39,996 nucleotides of DNA from a virus (taxonomy: Duplodnaviria; Caudoviricetes): positions 1 to 39,996 of the IMG/VR virus record IMGVR_UViG_3300011335_000175; one strand, given 5' to 3'. Under the pieces are notes generated by a model. It ran no database searches and was not told the DNA's origin. It saw only the letters and a program-made list of their open reading frames with translations. Position 1 is the stretch's first letter, and each line of letters begins with the position of its first letter. Below, piece by piece: positions 1 through 7,273 of this stretch. A program made the translations under genes and the position numbers.

Positions 1-387
1 GCAGTGGTCAACAGGCATGGCAGCTTGCAAGAGGTCAAATGCGTGATCGTGGCTCCGCAGTCATCCAGCGAGACAGACCGAAAGCAAATGCAAGCCACCA
101 AGCAGCAAGAGCAGCACACCCAAAAGACTCAGGACAAGTGCGATCAGGCGGTCATGTATGTGCAGTCGGTCATCAACAAGCACGAGAACGTCATCATCAG
201 AAAGGGCAGTAATTGCCCCAAAAACCCGCCGCCTGAACTGGCCAACCACTATCAACTGGAGTGGTCAGCCATCTACGACAACGTGCCAGGCTCGGACCGC
301 GGTGACACCAGAAAGGCCATTGGCACAGCCGTATTCCACCACTTCAACCCAACAGACTTGACGAACCTGTGGGTCCAGTTGACATGA
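1..387 (+). CDS. 5'-truncated ORF; probably the C-terminus of a replication protein unrelated to the VapE primase at 34636-36798
   Basis: Frame is open from the window start; occupies the same position relative to iterons and VRR-NUC as the primase end in copy 2, but with no sequence similarity. Function inferred from position only. Confidence 0.5.
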   Translation, partial: AVVNRHGSLQEVKCVIVAPQSSSETDRKQMQATKQQEQHTQKTQDKCDQAVMYVQSVINKHENVIIRKGSNCPKNPPPELANHYQLEWSAIYDNVPGSDRGDTRKAIGTAVFHHFNPTDLTNLWVQLT

Positions 388-416
388 TCTCGGGCGCACA
401 AATCATGGCCGCTAAA

Positions 417-601
417 GTCGACCGGACGACCGGACAGTCGACCGGACGTCCGGTCGTCCGGTCGACAGCCAATTGCCCTGCGTGTGGTGATGGATATGCC
501 CACATATGTGTGCATTCCATCCCCACGCATGGGAGAGATTTTTCATTCAAAAGTCGACCGGCCGGACGGACAACACCCTATAGTCTTTTCCGGTCGACTT
601 T
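417..601. repeat. Iteron/inverted-repeat cluster, putative replication origin A
   Basis: GTCGACCGGAC/GACCGGAC units; perfect 19-bp inverted repeat 417-435/448-466; 12-bp inverted repeat AAAGTCGACCGG 550-561/590-601. Confidence 0.7.
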
Positions 602-654
602 GGGGTGTTTTGGGCAAGTATTACAGTATTACTTTTAAGTGTGGGGTCATTAGC

Positions 655-975
655 ATGATTGAGACAGCAAACTGGATCGATGACGACCGTGTTTTGTGCA
701 GCCAGTGCGACAACGCAAAATTGGTGGATGCCAAGCAGTCCATGCCAGCAGAGCAGATGGAAAAGCACCGCAAGGTCAATGCATTGCCGCTTCAATGGAT
801 GTTCACAAATGCCAAGGTAAGGAACGGCTGGGCAACCGTGACATGGAAAGAATGGCAGTGCCAAGCAACTGGAATGTCCACGCAGCCCATGGACCTCAAG
901 CACCGATGTCACTTGTATTCCAAGGCAACTGCACAGCCATCATCGGTAGAATCCGATGCATGGTGGCTAAACTGA
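655..975 (+). CDS. Hypothetical Cys/His (putative Zn-binding) protein, allele A
   Basis: DDDRVLCSQC...C...LKHRCHLY...SSVESDAWW; homologous to 36898-37296. Confidence 0.75.
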   Translation: MIETANWIDDDRVLCSQCDNAKLVDAKQSMPAEQMEKHRKVNALPLQWMFTNAKVRNGWATVTWKEWQCQATGMSTQPMDLKHRCHLYSKATAQPSSVESDAWWLN

Positions 976-1343
976 GAAAAAGCATTGAACACACTGAACA
1001 GGTCAAACTGGTGCAGCGGGTCCGAGCGTTTTATCCTGACACCATCATTGCCTCAATCCCGAATGGGGGCGATAGAACGGCCTCAGAGCGCGTTAGGCTG
1101 CATCATGAAGGGGTACTGGCTGGTATGCCTGATCTGTGCGTTCTGGAGGCTTTTGGTGGGTTTCATGGGCTGTTTATTGAGATGAAGACAGCCACAGGGC
1201 AGCAAAGCAAAGAACAAAAGGCTTTGCAGTTGCAATTAAACAACAGAGGCTATCTCTGCACGGTCGCACGATCAGCCGCAGAAGGCTTTGAAATCATTAA
1301 GGGGTATCTGAATGGCGAGAAACTCATTGGCCGAGATTGCTGA
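960..1343 (+). CDS. VRR-NUC domain nuclease (resolvase-like)
   Basis: EHTEQ...IPNGG...EGVLAGMPDL...LFIEMK...QSKEQK PD-(D/E)xK pattern; start taken from the copy at 37281. Confidence 0.88.
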   Translation: MVAKLRKSIEHTEQVKLVQRVRAFYPDTIIASIPNGGDRTASERVRLHHEGVLAGMPDLCVLEAFGGFHGLFIEMKTATGQQSKEQKALQLQLNNRGYLCTVARSAAEGFEIIKGYLNGEKLIGRDC

Positions 1344-1797
1344 CCAAGGCGCAGCCAACATCGCGGCAGCACAGACACGCAAGGCCGAGGTCAGCCTGGC
1401 CAACAAAGCTGTTCACGCATTCGGTGGTGAAGATGCCGTAATCGAATTCATTGCATCGGGCGGCACGATCTCCGCGCTGTGCAAGGTATTGGGTATCGGG
1501 AATACGACATTCGACAGATGGGTCGAGAGAGGGGGCGAGGCACGCATGGCTGCCTACGCACGCGCACGCGTGCGTGCAGGGCAGAGTTTAGCCGAGCAGA
1601 CCATCGACATCGCAGACGCGGCGCTGCCACAGGAGGCGCAGGTCGCCAAGCTACGGGTGGACACCAGGCGTTGGCTGGCCTCCAAGTTGTCCGAGGAGTT
1701 CTCAGACAAGCAGCAGCCCTTAGTCAACATCGACCTGGGCAGCATGGCACTTGATGCCCTGCGCAAGCGAAGCCTCGATATGCGTACCCAAGACTGA
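1312..1797 (+). CDS. terS: Terminase small subunit
   Basis: N-terminal HTH (ISALCKVLGIGNTTFDRWV), YARAR...AEQTIDIAD...AKLRVDTRRWLASKL typical of Sf6/P22-type TerS. Confidence 0.85.
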   Translation: MARNSLAEIADQGAANIAAAQTRKAEVSLANKAVHAFGGEDAVIEFIASGGTISALCKVLGIGNTTFDRWVERGGEARMAAYARARVRAGQSLAEQTIDIADAALPQEAQVAKLRVDTRRWLASKLSEEFSDKQQPLVNIDLGSMALDALRKRSLDMRTQD

Positions 1798-1839
1798 CAG
1801 CACTTCTTACAACGGCCATTATGTAAAGTCGAGTTGCAG

Positions 1840-1928
1840 TTATCCACAAATTTATGTATACGCAAGCATTACGAATGGAGTTATCCACAGGAATCTGTGG
1901 ATAACTGTGGACAAAAACCTGTGGACAG
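1840..1928. promoter_or_regulatory. Array of five DnaA-box-like 9-mers
   Basis: TTATCCACA at 1840 and 1881, TGTGGATAA at 1896, TGTGGACAA at 1906, TGTGGACAG at 1920. Confidence 0.8.
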
Positions 1929-2052
1929 GTGCGGCACGGCCTGCCGACCTGGCCGCGCTGGACCCCCCCCATCGGGCCTCGCGGCGGGGGCGGCTGCTGC
2001 GGCACTTGACACCTATCTGCATCCCCCCATCAGAAAAAAATTTTTAAAATAA

Positions 2053-2086
2053 TTTACACCATCCCTGATTTGCGCTAAAGTGCAAT
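2053..2086 (+). promoter_or_regulatory. Putative sigma70 promoter for the accessory operon
   Basis: TTTACA-N17-TAAAGT followed by an AGGAG RBS and ATG 2109; the same motif recurs at 31843-31877 on the minus strand. Confidence 0.6.
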
Positions 2087-2108
2087 TTCCATTAACCAGG
2101 AGAAAACG

Positions 2109-2273
2109 ATGAACACGACATTGCTAACCAAGGTGCGGACTCTGTATCCGAACAGCCGCCACAACCAACGCCAGTGGATCAAGAGCATTCGCCATCTGGG
2201 AGACAGGTGGCTGGTGCGCAGCCCCCAGCCAAAAGCGGTCCTCATTGAGCAGGCAGCCGGGAGGATGGTATGA
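2109..2273 (+). CDS. Hypothetical 54-aa protein
   Basis: AGGAG RBS; MNTTLLTKVRTLYPNSRHNQRQWIKSIRHLGDRWL...; ATGA coupling to the next ORF. Confidence 0.7.
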   Translation: MNTTLLTKVRTLYPNSRHNQRQWIKSIRHLGDRWLVRSPQPKAVLIEQAAGRMV

Positions 2274-2386
2274 CCAAGCTGGACCTGATAATTTTGCTGA
2301 CCCTGCTGTGCGCCAGCGCCAGCATCTCCATTGCCATCTTGTATTGGCTGGTGAATGTGGCCGTGATGGTGTGGGGGGTGTTATGA
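2270..2386 (+). CDS. 38-aa single-TM peptide
   Basis: MTKLDLIILLTLLCASASISIAILYWLVNVAVMVWGVL; ATGA overlaps at both ends. Confidence 0.65.
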   Translation: MTKLDLIILLTLLCASASISIAILYWLVNVAVMVWGVL

Positions 2387-2703
2387 GCGAGAAAGACTTC
2401 TGGAAAGGCTACGTTCCTGAGCCGGATAAAAGACAGCAAGCCCTCAACAAGAAGGCAGAGAACGCCCGTGAGTTGGGGCTGGACTATGAGCCAGTTTGGG
2501 GTGGTGGCCCTACAAACAAAGACTACGAAGATGCCATGCGCCAGAGGCGATTGCACCAACTCACATCCCCACCAGCACAGCGCACATGGGTTGGGCTGAC
2601 GGATGAAGATCGCGCTCAGTGCGTGCAGGCCACCGTTAACTCTGGCGATGCTGCGCAATTGATTGCTGCCATCGAAGCCAAACTCAAGGAGAAGAACACA
2701 TGA
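2383..2703 (+). CDS. Hypothetical phage protein
   Basis: Start reassigned to the coupled ATG 2383 (MSEKDFW); ends with PAQRTWVGLTDED...AIEAKLKEKN, a recurrent phage accessory motif. Confidence 0.75.
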   Translation: MSEKDFWKGYVPEPDKRQQALNKKAENARELGLDYEPVWGGGPTNKDYEDAMRQRRLHQLTSPPAQRTWVGLTDEDRAQCVQATVNSGDAAQLIAAIEAKLKEKNT

Positions 2704-3413
2704 CCACACAACTGGTTCGTGACTCAATGAAGTTGATGGCCGATGCTGGTGTAGACATTTTGGACATCAAATGGTTTGATCTGACCGGGGCGTTCTCGGA
2801 GCATCAACACGCCAACCTTGAGCCTGTGATGACGCATCGCCCACCATTTGACAAATGCTTTGTTACTTGGAAAGGAAAGACTCGCAGCCACCCGAGCTAT
2901 GAGGTTCTTATGCTGGTGGCTGGGACTGACCCAAACGAGGGAATCACGGTGTCAATGTGGAAGGGGCCAAGCGGCACAAGGCTGCGCCCCATCCCTGCGA
3001 TGTTCTACTTCATCGAGGATGACAACATCCGTTACGGAGCAGTCAGTGATGATGAGCCGATAGACAAGGAATTGGCAGAGATCATGCTGGCTCAAATTGG
3101 CGCTTGGTACGGTGCGATGGACAGGCGTATTGAGGCGCACATTCCCACAGTGCGTGACACATTTACCAACCGCCGGAAGATACAGCAAGGCAAACTGCCG
3201 ACCTACGACTGGACAACGGTATGGATTGAGCCATCTAAGCCCCGCCAAGAGTCCAAAGGGGGCACACACGCATCACCCCGACTGCATGAGCGCAGAGGCC
3301 ACCTGAGAAGGCTAAAAACAGGCAAGAACGTCTGGGTCAAGTCTTGCAAGGTTGGTGACGCAAGCAAGGGGGCGATATTCCACGACTATGCAATCAAGGA
3401 GATGAACACATGA
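2700..3413 (+). CDS. Hypothetical phage protein with C-terminal HxRRGHxR motif
   Basis: 237 aa, AAGGAG RBS, GGTHASPRLHERRGHLRRLKTGKNVWV motif. Confidence 0.85.
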   Translation: MTTQLVRDSMKLMADAGVDILDIKWFDLTGAFSEHQHANLEPVMTHRPPFDKCFVTWKGKTRSHPSYEVLMLVAGTDPNEGITVSMWKGPSGTRLRPIPAMFYFIEDDNIRYGAVSDDEPIDKELAEIMLAQIGAWYGAMDRRIEAHIPTVRDTFTNRRKIQQGKLPTYDWTTVWIEPSKPRQESKGGTHASPRLHERRGHLRRLKTGKNVWVKSCKVGDASKGAIFHDYAIKEMNT

Positions 3414-3535
3414 ACTGCAAACACCGCTGGGAGCCGAGCAATTTCGGTATCAAGTACCGCATACCCACGCACTACCTGTACCAATGCACCCGGTGCAGCA
3501 AGATCATCGGCACATTACTCAAGGAGAAGACATGA
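3410..3535 (+). CDS. 41-aa CxH...CxxC zinc-finger microprotein
   Basis: MNCKHRWEPSNFGIKYRIPTHYLYQCTRCSKIIGTLLKEKT; AAGGAG RBS, ATGA coupling. Confidence 0.7.
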   Translation: MNCKHRWEPSNFGIKYRIPTHYLYQCTRCSKIIGTLLKEKT

Positions 3536-3624
3536 CCGAATGCCAACACCGATGGGAGCCTGTTCCTGATAAACCGATTTACAAATGCGTCCGATGCAAT
3601 GCATTTAGTGTGAGATTCAAATGA
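3532..3624 (+). CDS. 30-aa CxH...CxxC zinc-finger microprotein
   Basis: MTECQHRWEPVPDKPIYKCVRCNAFSVRFK; AAGGAG RBS, ATGA coupling. Confidence 0.7.
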   Translation: MTECQHRWEPVPDKPIYKCVRCNAFSVRFK

Positions 3625-4076
3625 GAAAAAAGAGCAGTTACAGGCCCAAGGGGGTGAGGCTGGACAACATGAGTTGGGTGAGGGCTGGGTTTAAGGCGGT
3701 GGGCAGTGTGCCAAAGGCTGGAGTCCACCTGAAGCTGGGCAACTTGGAGGCGCTGGAGGCGTTGATCAAGGGGCAAGGCGCTGGGGTGGACTCGCACACG
3801 ATGCGTGAGGCGTTTGACATGGCGCTGTGTTTGACCCAGGTCAACCCCAAGCTGGGAGCCGACTGGACGCCAGAACTCAAGGCAGCCAAAGATGCGGCTT
3901 ATGCGATGCATGACCGTGGCGAGGAGACACGCCGATTCCTATTCACCGGGCCAGAGATGCAGGCGGTCAAGCTGGGCATGACGGTGCATATCCAGCAGCT
4001 TGACGAATGCACGGTGATTGAGATGGAGAAAGCCATCAAGCTGGTGGTATCACAAAAGAAGAAAGAGCAGAAATGA
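3621..4076 (+). CDS. Hypothetical phage protein
   Basis: 151-aa ORF coupled at both ends. Confidence 0.8.
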   Translation: MRKKSSYRPKGVRLDNMSWVRAGFKAVGSVPKAGVHLKLGNLEALEALIKGQGAGVDSHTMREAFDMALCLTQVNPKLGADWTPELKAAKDAAYAMHDRGEETRRFLFTGPEMQAVKLGMTVHIQQLDECTVIEMEKAIKLVVSQKKKEQK

Positions 4077-4465
4077 CAACACTGAATACAGGGCCAAACG
4101 TGATCAAGGCTTTTGAGGCTTTAAAAGAGTTTGGCCGGATGAGTGCGCAAGAGTTTGCCGATTGGGCCGACATCACTAGGTATGACGCCCATGCGGTGCT
4201 GCTGCGGATGAATAAGAGGACCAAGGCTGGCGAGAAACGCATCTACATCATTGATTGGACGTATGGCCATGATGGGGCGCGGAGGTATCCACGGCCTGTT
4301 TACGCCTTGGGCGATCAGCGGGACAAGCCAAAGCCTAAGTCTGACCTTGCCGCCAACAGGCGCAGATATGACGCCAAGGTCCACGCAATGCACCGAATGA
4401 GCAGCGTGTTTAACTTGGCGATGACACGCGAAACGATCAGAGAAATCAGAAAGGGGCAGGTATGA
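4073..4465 (+). CDS. Putative winged-HTH DNA-binding protein
   Basis: MSAQEFADWADITRYDAHAVLLRM helix pattern, then IYIIDW...RPVYALG; resembles 29269-29661. Confidence 0.6.
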   Translation: MTTLNTGPNVIKAFEALKEFGRMSAQEFADWADITRYDAHAVLLRMNKRTKAGEKRIYIIDWTYGHDGARRYPRPVYALGDQRDKPKPKSDLAANRRRYDAKVHAMHRMSSVFNLAMTRETIREIRKGQV

Positions 4466-4731
4466 CGCATATGCACATTGAGATGCTGGACGCTGGTGCG
4501 AACGGCACACGGGCCGATGACCTGCAAGTCAGCGGCAGCCATTACAAGGAAATGCCGATGCAGCCCTGGCACGTTATGGAGGCGGTGCTGACGCCAGAGG
4601 AATTCCAAGGGTTTCTCAAGGGCAACATCATCAAGTACAGCTTGCGGGCTGGCCGCAAAGATGGCACTGATGACGCTGGCAAGGCCAGGCACTACGCACA
4701 GAAGCTGAAAGAGATGCAGGCCAAGGCATAA
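4462..4731 (+). CDS. DUF3310 (SaV-like) protein
   Basis: QVSGSHYK...QPW...GFLKGNIIKYSLRAGRK...DDAGKARHY signature. Confidence 0.85.
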   Translation: MTHMHIEMLDAGANGTRADDLQVSGSHYKEMPMQPWHVMEAVLTPEEFQGFLKGNIIKYSLRAGRKDGTDDAGKARHYAQKLKEMQAKA

Positions 4732-4740
4732 TTGCCTCAT

Positions 4741-6150
4741 ATGGCAAATGACAATGTATTCAAGCAGTGGGTGGACAGGTATCACCCCAACCCGGTGCTG
4801 TTTGTCCAGGAGGTGCTGGGGGTGGACCCTGACCCTTGGCAGATTGAGTTTTTGCAGGCCATTGCCAGAGGTGATCGCAAAATTAGCGTGAGGTCCGGCC
4901 ACGGGGTGGGAAAGTCTACGGCGTCAAGCTGGGCCATGCTGTGGTATTTCATGACCCGCAGCCCTGTCAAGGTGGTGGTGACAGCGCCGACCAGCAGCCA
5001 GCTTTATGACGCGATGTTTGCGGAGTTAAAGCGGTGGATCAATGCGATGCCTGTGCCATTGCAGGGGCTGCTGACCGTCAAGCAAGAGCGTATTGAGTTC
5101 AACGCTGCGCCCACTGAGATGTTTATTTCGGCGCGAACGAGTCGGGCCGAGCAGCCTGAAGCCTTGCAGGGCATTCACTCCGAGAACGTCATGCTGGTGG
5201 CCGATGAGGCGTCAGGCGTGCCGGAACAGGTGTTTGAGGCGGCGGCTGGATCAATGTCCGGCCACAATGCTGTCACGCTGCTGCTGGGCAACCCGGTGCG
5301 CTCCAGCGGGTTTTTCTACGACACGCACACGCGCTTGGCCAATGAATGGACCACGTTTCGGGTCAGTTGCTTGGACTCGCCACGGGTCAGCGATGAGTAC
5401 GTCAAAGAGATGCAGACGCGGTATGGGGAGGAAAGCAACGTCTACCGCATCCGAGTGGTGGGCGAATTCCCCAAGGGGGATGACGACACGGTGATTGCCA
5501 TGGACTTGCTGGAGCAGGCGGTCAATCGGGATGTGGCCCCAAGCCAGCACGCACCGATGGTGTGGGGACTGGACGTTGCGCGGTTTGGCTCTGACAGGTC
5601 AGCTTTGTGTAAGCGCCAAGGCAATGCGGTGACTGAGGCCATCAAGACTTGGAAGAATCTGGACCTGATGCAATTGACGGGGGCAGTGGTGGCTGAGTAC
5701 AACGCGCTGCCGCCGAGCCAACAGCCGCAAGAGATTTTGGTGGACAGCATCGGCCTTGGGGCTGGGGTGGTGGACAGACTGCGGGAATTGGGCCTGCCAG
5801 CGCGGGGCATCAACGTGGCCGAGAGTCCGGCCATGGGCGGGACGTACAGGAATCTGAAGGCTGAACTTTGGTATCGGGCCAGAGCCTGGCTGGAGGCGAG
5901 GGACTGCAAGATGGCCAAGGACGAGGTGCTGATTGCTGAACTGGCCACGGTGCGGTACAGCTTCACCAGCAACGGGAAGATTCAGATTGAGGGTAAAGAC
6001 GAGATCAGAAAGCGCGGTTTGCCGAGTCCTGACAAGGCTGACGCCTTTGTTTTGACCTTTGCAAGCGATGCCATTGCCGGGATGTACGGGTCAGCGGCCA
6101 GCAGCAAGTGGAGCCAGCCACTGCGCCGAAACCTGTCAAGAGTCGCATAA
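4741..6150 (+). CDS. terL: Terminase large subunit
   Basis: Walker A SGHGVGKS, Walker B MLVADEA, LLGNP, RNaseH-like GLDVARFGSD and SPDKADA. Confidence 0.95.
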   Translation: MANDNVFKQWVDRYHPNPVLFVQEVLGVDPDPWQIEFLQAIARGDRKISVRSGHGVGKSTASSWAMLWYFMTRSPVKVVVTAPTSSQLYDAMFAELKRWINAMPVPLQGLLTVKQERIEFNAAPTEMFISARTSRAEQPEALQGIHSENVMLVADEASGVPEQVFEAAAGSMSGHNAVTLLLGNPVRSSGFFYDTHTRLANEWTTFRVSCLDSPRVSDEYVKEMQTRYGEESNVYRIRVVGEFPKGDDDTVIAMDLLEQAVNRDVAPSQHAPMVWGLDVARFGSDRSALCKRQGNAVTEAIKTWKNLDLMQLTGAVVAEYNALPPSQQPQEILVDSIGLGAGVVDRLRELGLPARGINVAESPAMGGTYRNLKAELWYRARAWLEARDCKMAKDEVLIAELATVRYSFTSNGKIQIEGKDEIRKRGLPSPDKADAFVLTFASDAIAGMYGSAASSKWSQPLRRNLSRVA

Positions 6151-6175
6151 TCTGGGGCATTAACTGGAGAATCCT

Positions 6176-6361
6176 ATGCCAATGAGCAAAGCTGAGAAGA
6201 AGGTCGGCAAAGTGATGGGCGAGTATAAGGCTGGCAAGTTGCACAGCGGTGGTACGGGCAAGGTGGTGAAAAACCCCAAGCAGGCCATTGCCATTGCAAT
6301 GAGTGAGGCCAAGATGCCCATGCGCGGCCAGCGCACAGCAACCAACCGGAGCAAGAAATAA
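6176..6361 (+). CDS. Small basic protein (DUF6496-like)
   Basis: KVGKVMGEYKAGKLHSG...KQAIAIAMSEA; GGAG RBS. Confidence 0.7.
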   Translation: MPMSKAEKKVGKVMGEYKAGKLHSGGTGKVVKNPKQAIAIAMSEAKMPMRGQRTATNRSKK

Positions 6362-6828
6362 TGGCCACTATGCAGCGCACCATGGAGCAAGCCATGGACC
6401 GTGAGGACGAAATGGAAGGCGAGGGCGAAAGCTGCCCATTGCCGACACAGGACATCACGCTGAATCTGAAGAATCGCGCCAAGGCGATCACCAGCGCGGC
6501 CTATGGTCCGCAAAACCCCAAGCTGCCCAATACAGCGTTTTGGGCAAAGAAGGCCGAGGAGTGGGACGTTTCCACCGATGACGCCAAGCAAAGTCTGTGC
6601 GGCAACTGCGCGGCATTCAACGTGTCTGAGGACATCAAAGAGTGCATCGCCAAGGGTATCGGCACTGATGCTGACCCATGGGGCACGATTGATTTGGCAG
6701 AACTTGGCTATTGCGAAATTTTTGATTTCAAGTGCGCAGCCAGCCGCACCTGCGATGCGTGGGTGGTGGGTGGACCCAACACGGGTGAGCAAGAGGGTGA
6801 AGAATATGAGGAGGAAGACGAATCATGA
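6361..6828 (+). CDS. Acidic Cys-rich protein with HiPIP-like Cys spacing
   Basis: CGNCAAF...GYCEIFDFKCAASRTCDAW. Confidence 0.6.
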   Translation: MATMQRTMEQAMDREDEMEGEGESCPLPTQDITLNLKNRAKAITSAAYGPQNPKLPNTAFWAKKAEEWDVSTDDAKQSLCGNCAAFNVSEDIKECIAKGIGTDADPWGTIDLAELGYCEIFDFKCAASRTCDAWVVGGPNTGEQEGEEYEEEDES

Positions 6829-6980
6829 AACCAGGTCTTTACGCCAACATTAACGCCAAGCAGGCACGCATCGCCGCCGGGTCTAAAGAGAAGATGCGCA
6901 AGCCTGGCGCAAAGGGTGCGCCAAGCGCTGCCGACTTCAAGGCAGCGGCCAAGACAGCCAAGCCTGTCAAGAAGAAATGA
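6825..6980 (+). CDS. 51-aa Lys/Ala-rich basic protein
   Basis: MKPGLYANINAKQARIAAGSKEKMRKPGAKGAPSAADFKAAAKTAKPVKKK; ATGA coupling at both ends. Confidence 0.8.
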   Translation: MKPGLYANINAKQARIAAGSKEKMRKPGAKGAPSAADFKAAAKTAKPVKKK

Positions 6981-7273
6981 AAACGCCAGCATGGCAACGC
7001 GCAGAGGGCAAAAGTCCCTCTGGCGGCTTGAATGCCAAGGGCCGCGCCAGCGCCAAGGCCGAGGGCATGAATCTTAAGGCTCCGGTCAAGTCGGGCGACA
7101 ACCCACGGCGTGCCAGCTTCTTGGCGCGTATGGGCAATATGCCTGGGCCTGAGATGAAAGGCGGCGAGCCAACACGGCTGCTGCTGTCTTTGAAGGCTTG
7201 GGGCGCGTCATCCAAAGAGGATGCACGGTCCAAAGCCAAGGCCATTTCGGCCCGAAATAAAGCTAAAAAATGA
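6977..7273 (+). CDS. Small basic phage protein (DUF6321-like)
   Basis: MKTPAWQRAEGKSPSGGLNAKGRAS...RRASFLARM...LSLKAWG. Confidence 0.75.
   Translation: MKTPAWQRAEGKSPSGGLNAKGRASAKAEGMNLKAPVKSGDNPRRASFLARMGNMPGPEMKGGEPTRLLLSLKAWGASSKEDARSKAKAISARNKAKK

Larger units (their letters stand above)
940..3675 (+). repeat. Long direct repeat, copy 1 (pairs with 37261-39996)
   Basis: Same ORFs at +36,321 (960/37281, 1312/37633, 2700/39021); SNPs in 960-1690, apparently identical afterwards. Confidence 0.97.

Noticed and set aside
417-601. Mini-CRISPR array or transposon end
   Set aside because: Units are 8-19 bp, abutting and inverted, with no unique spacers, and no transposase is nearby
696-959. 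N-terminal extension of the VRR-NUC ORF given by the ORF track
   Set aside because: Overlaps the Cys/His ORF, and copy 2 starts at the equivalent of ATG 960
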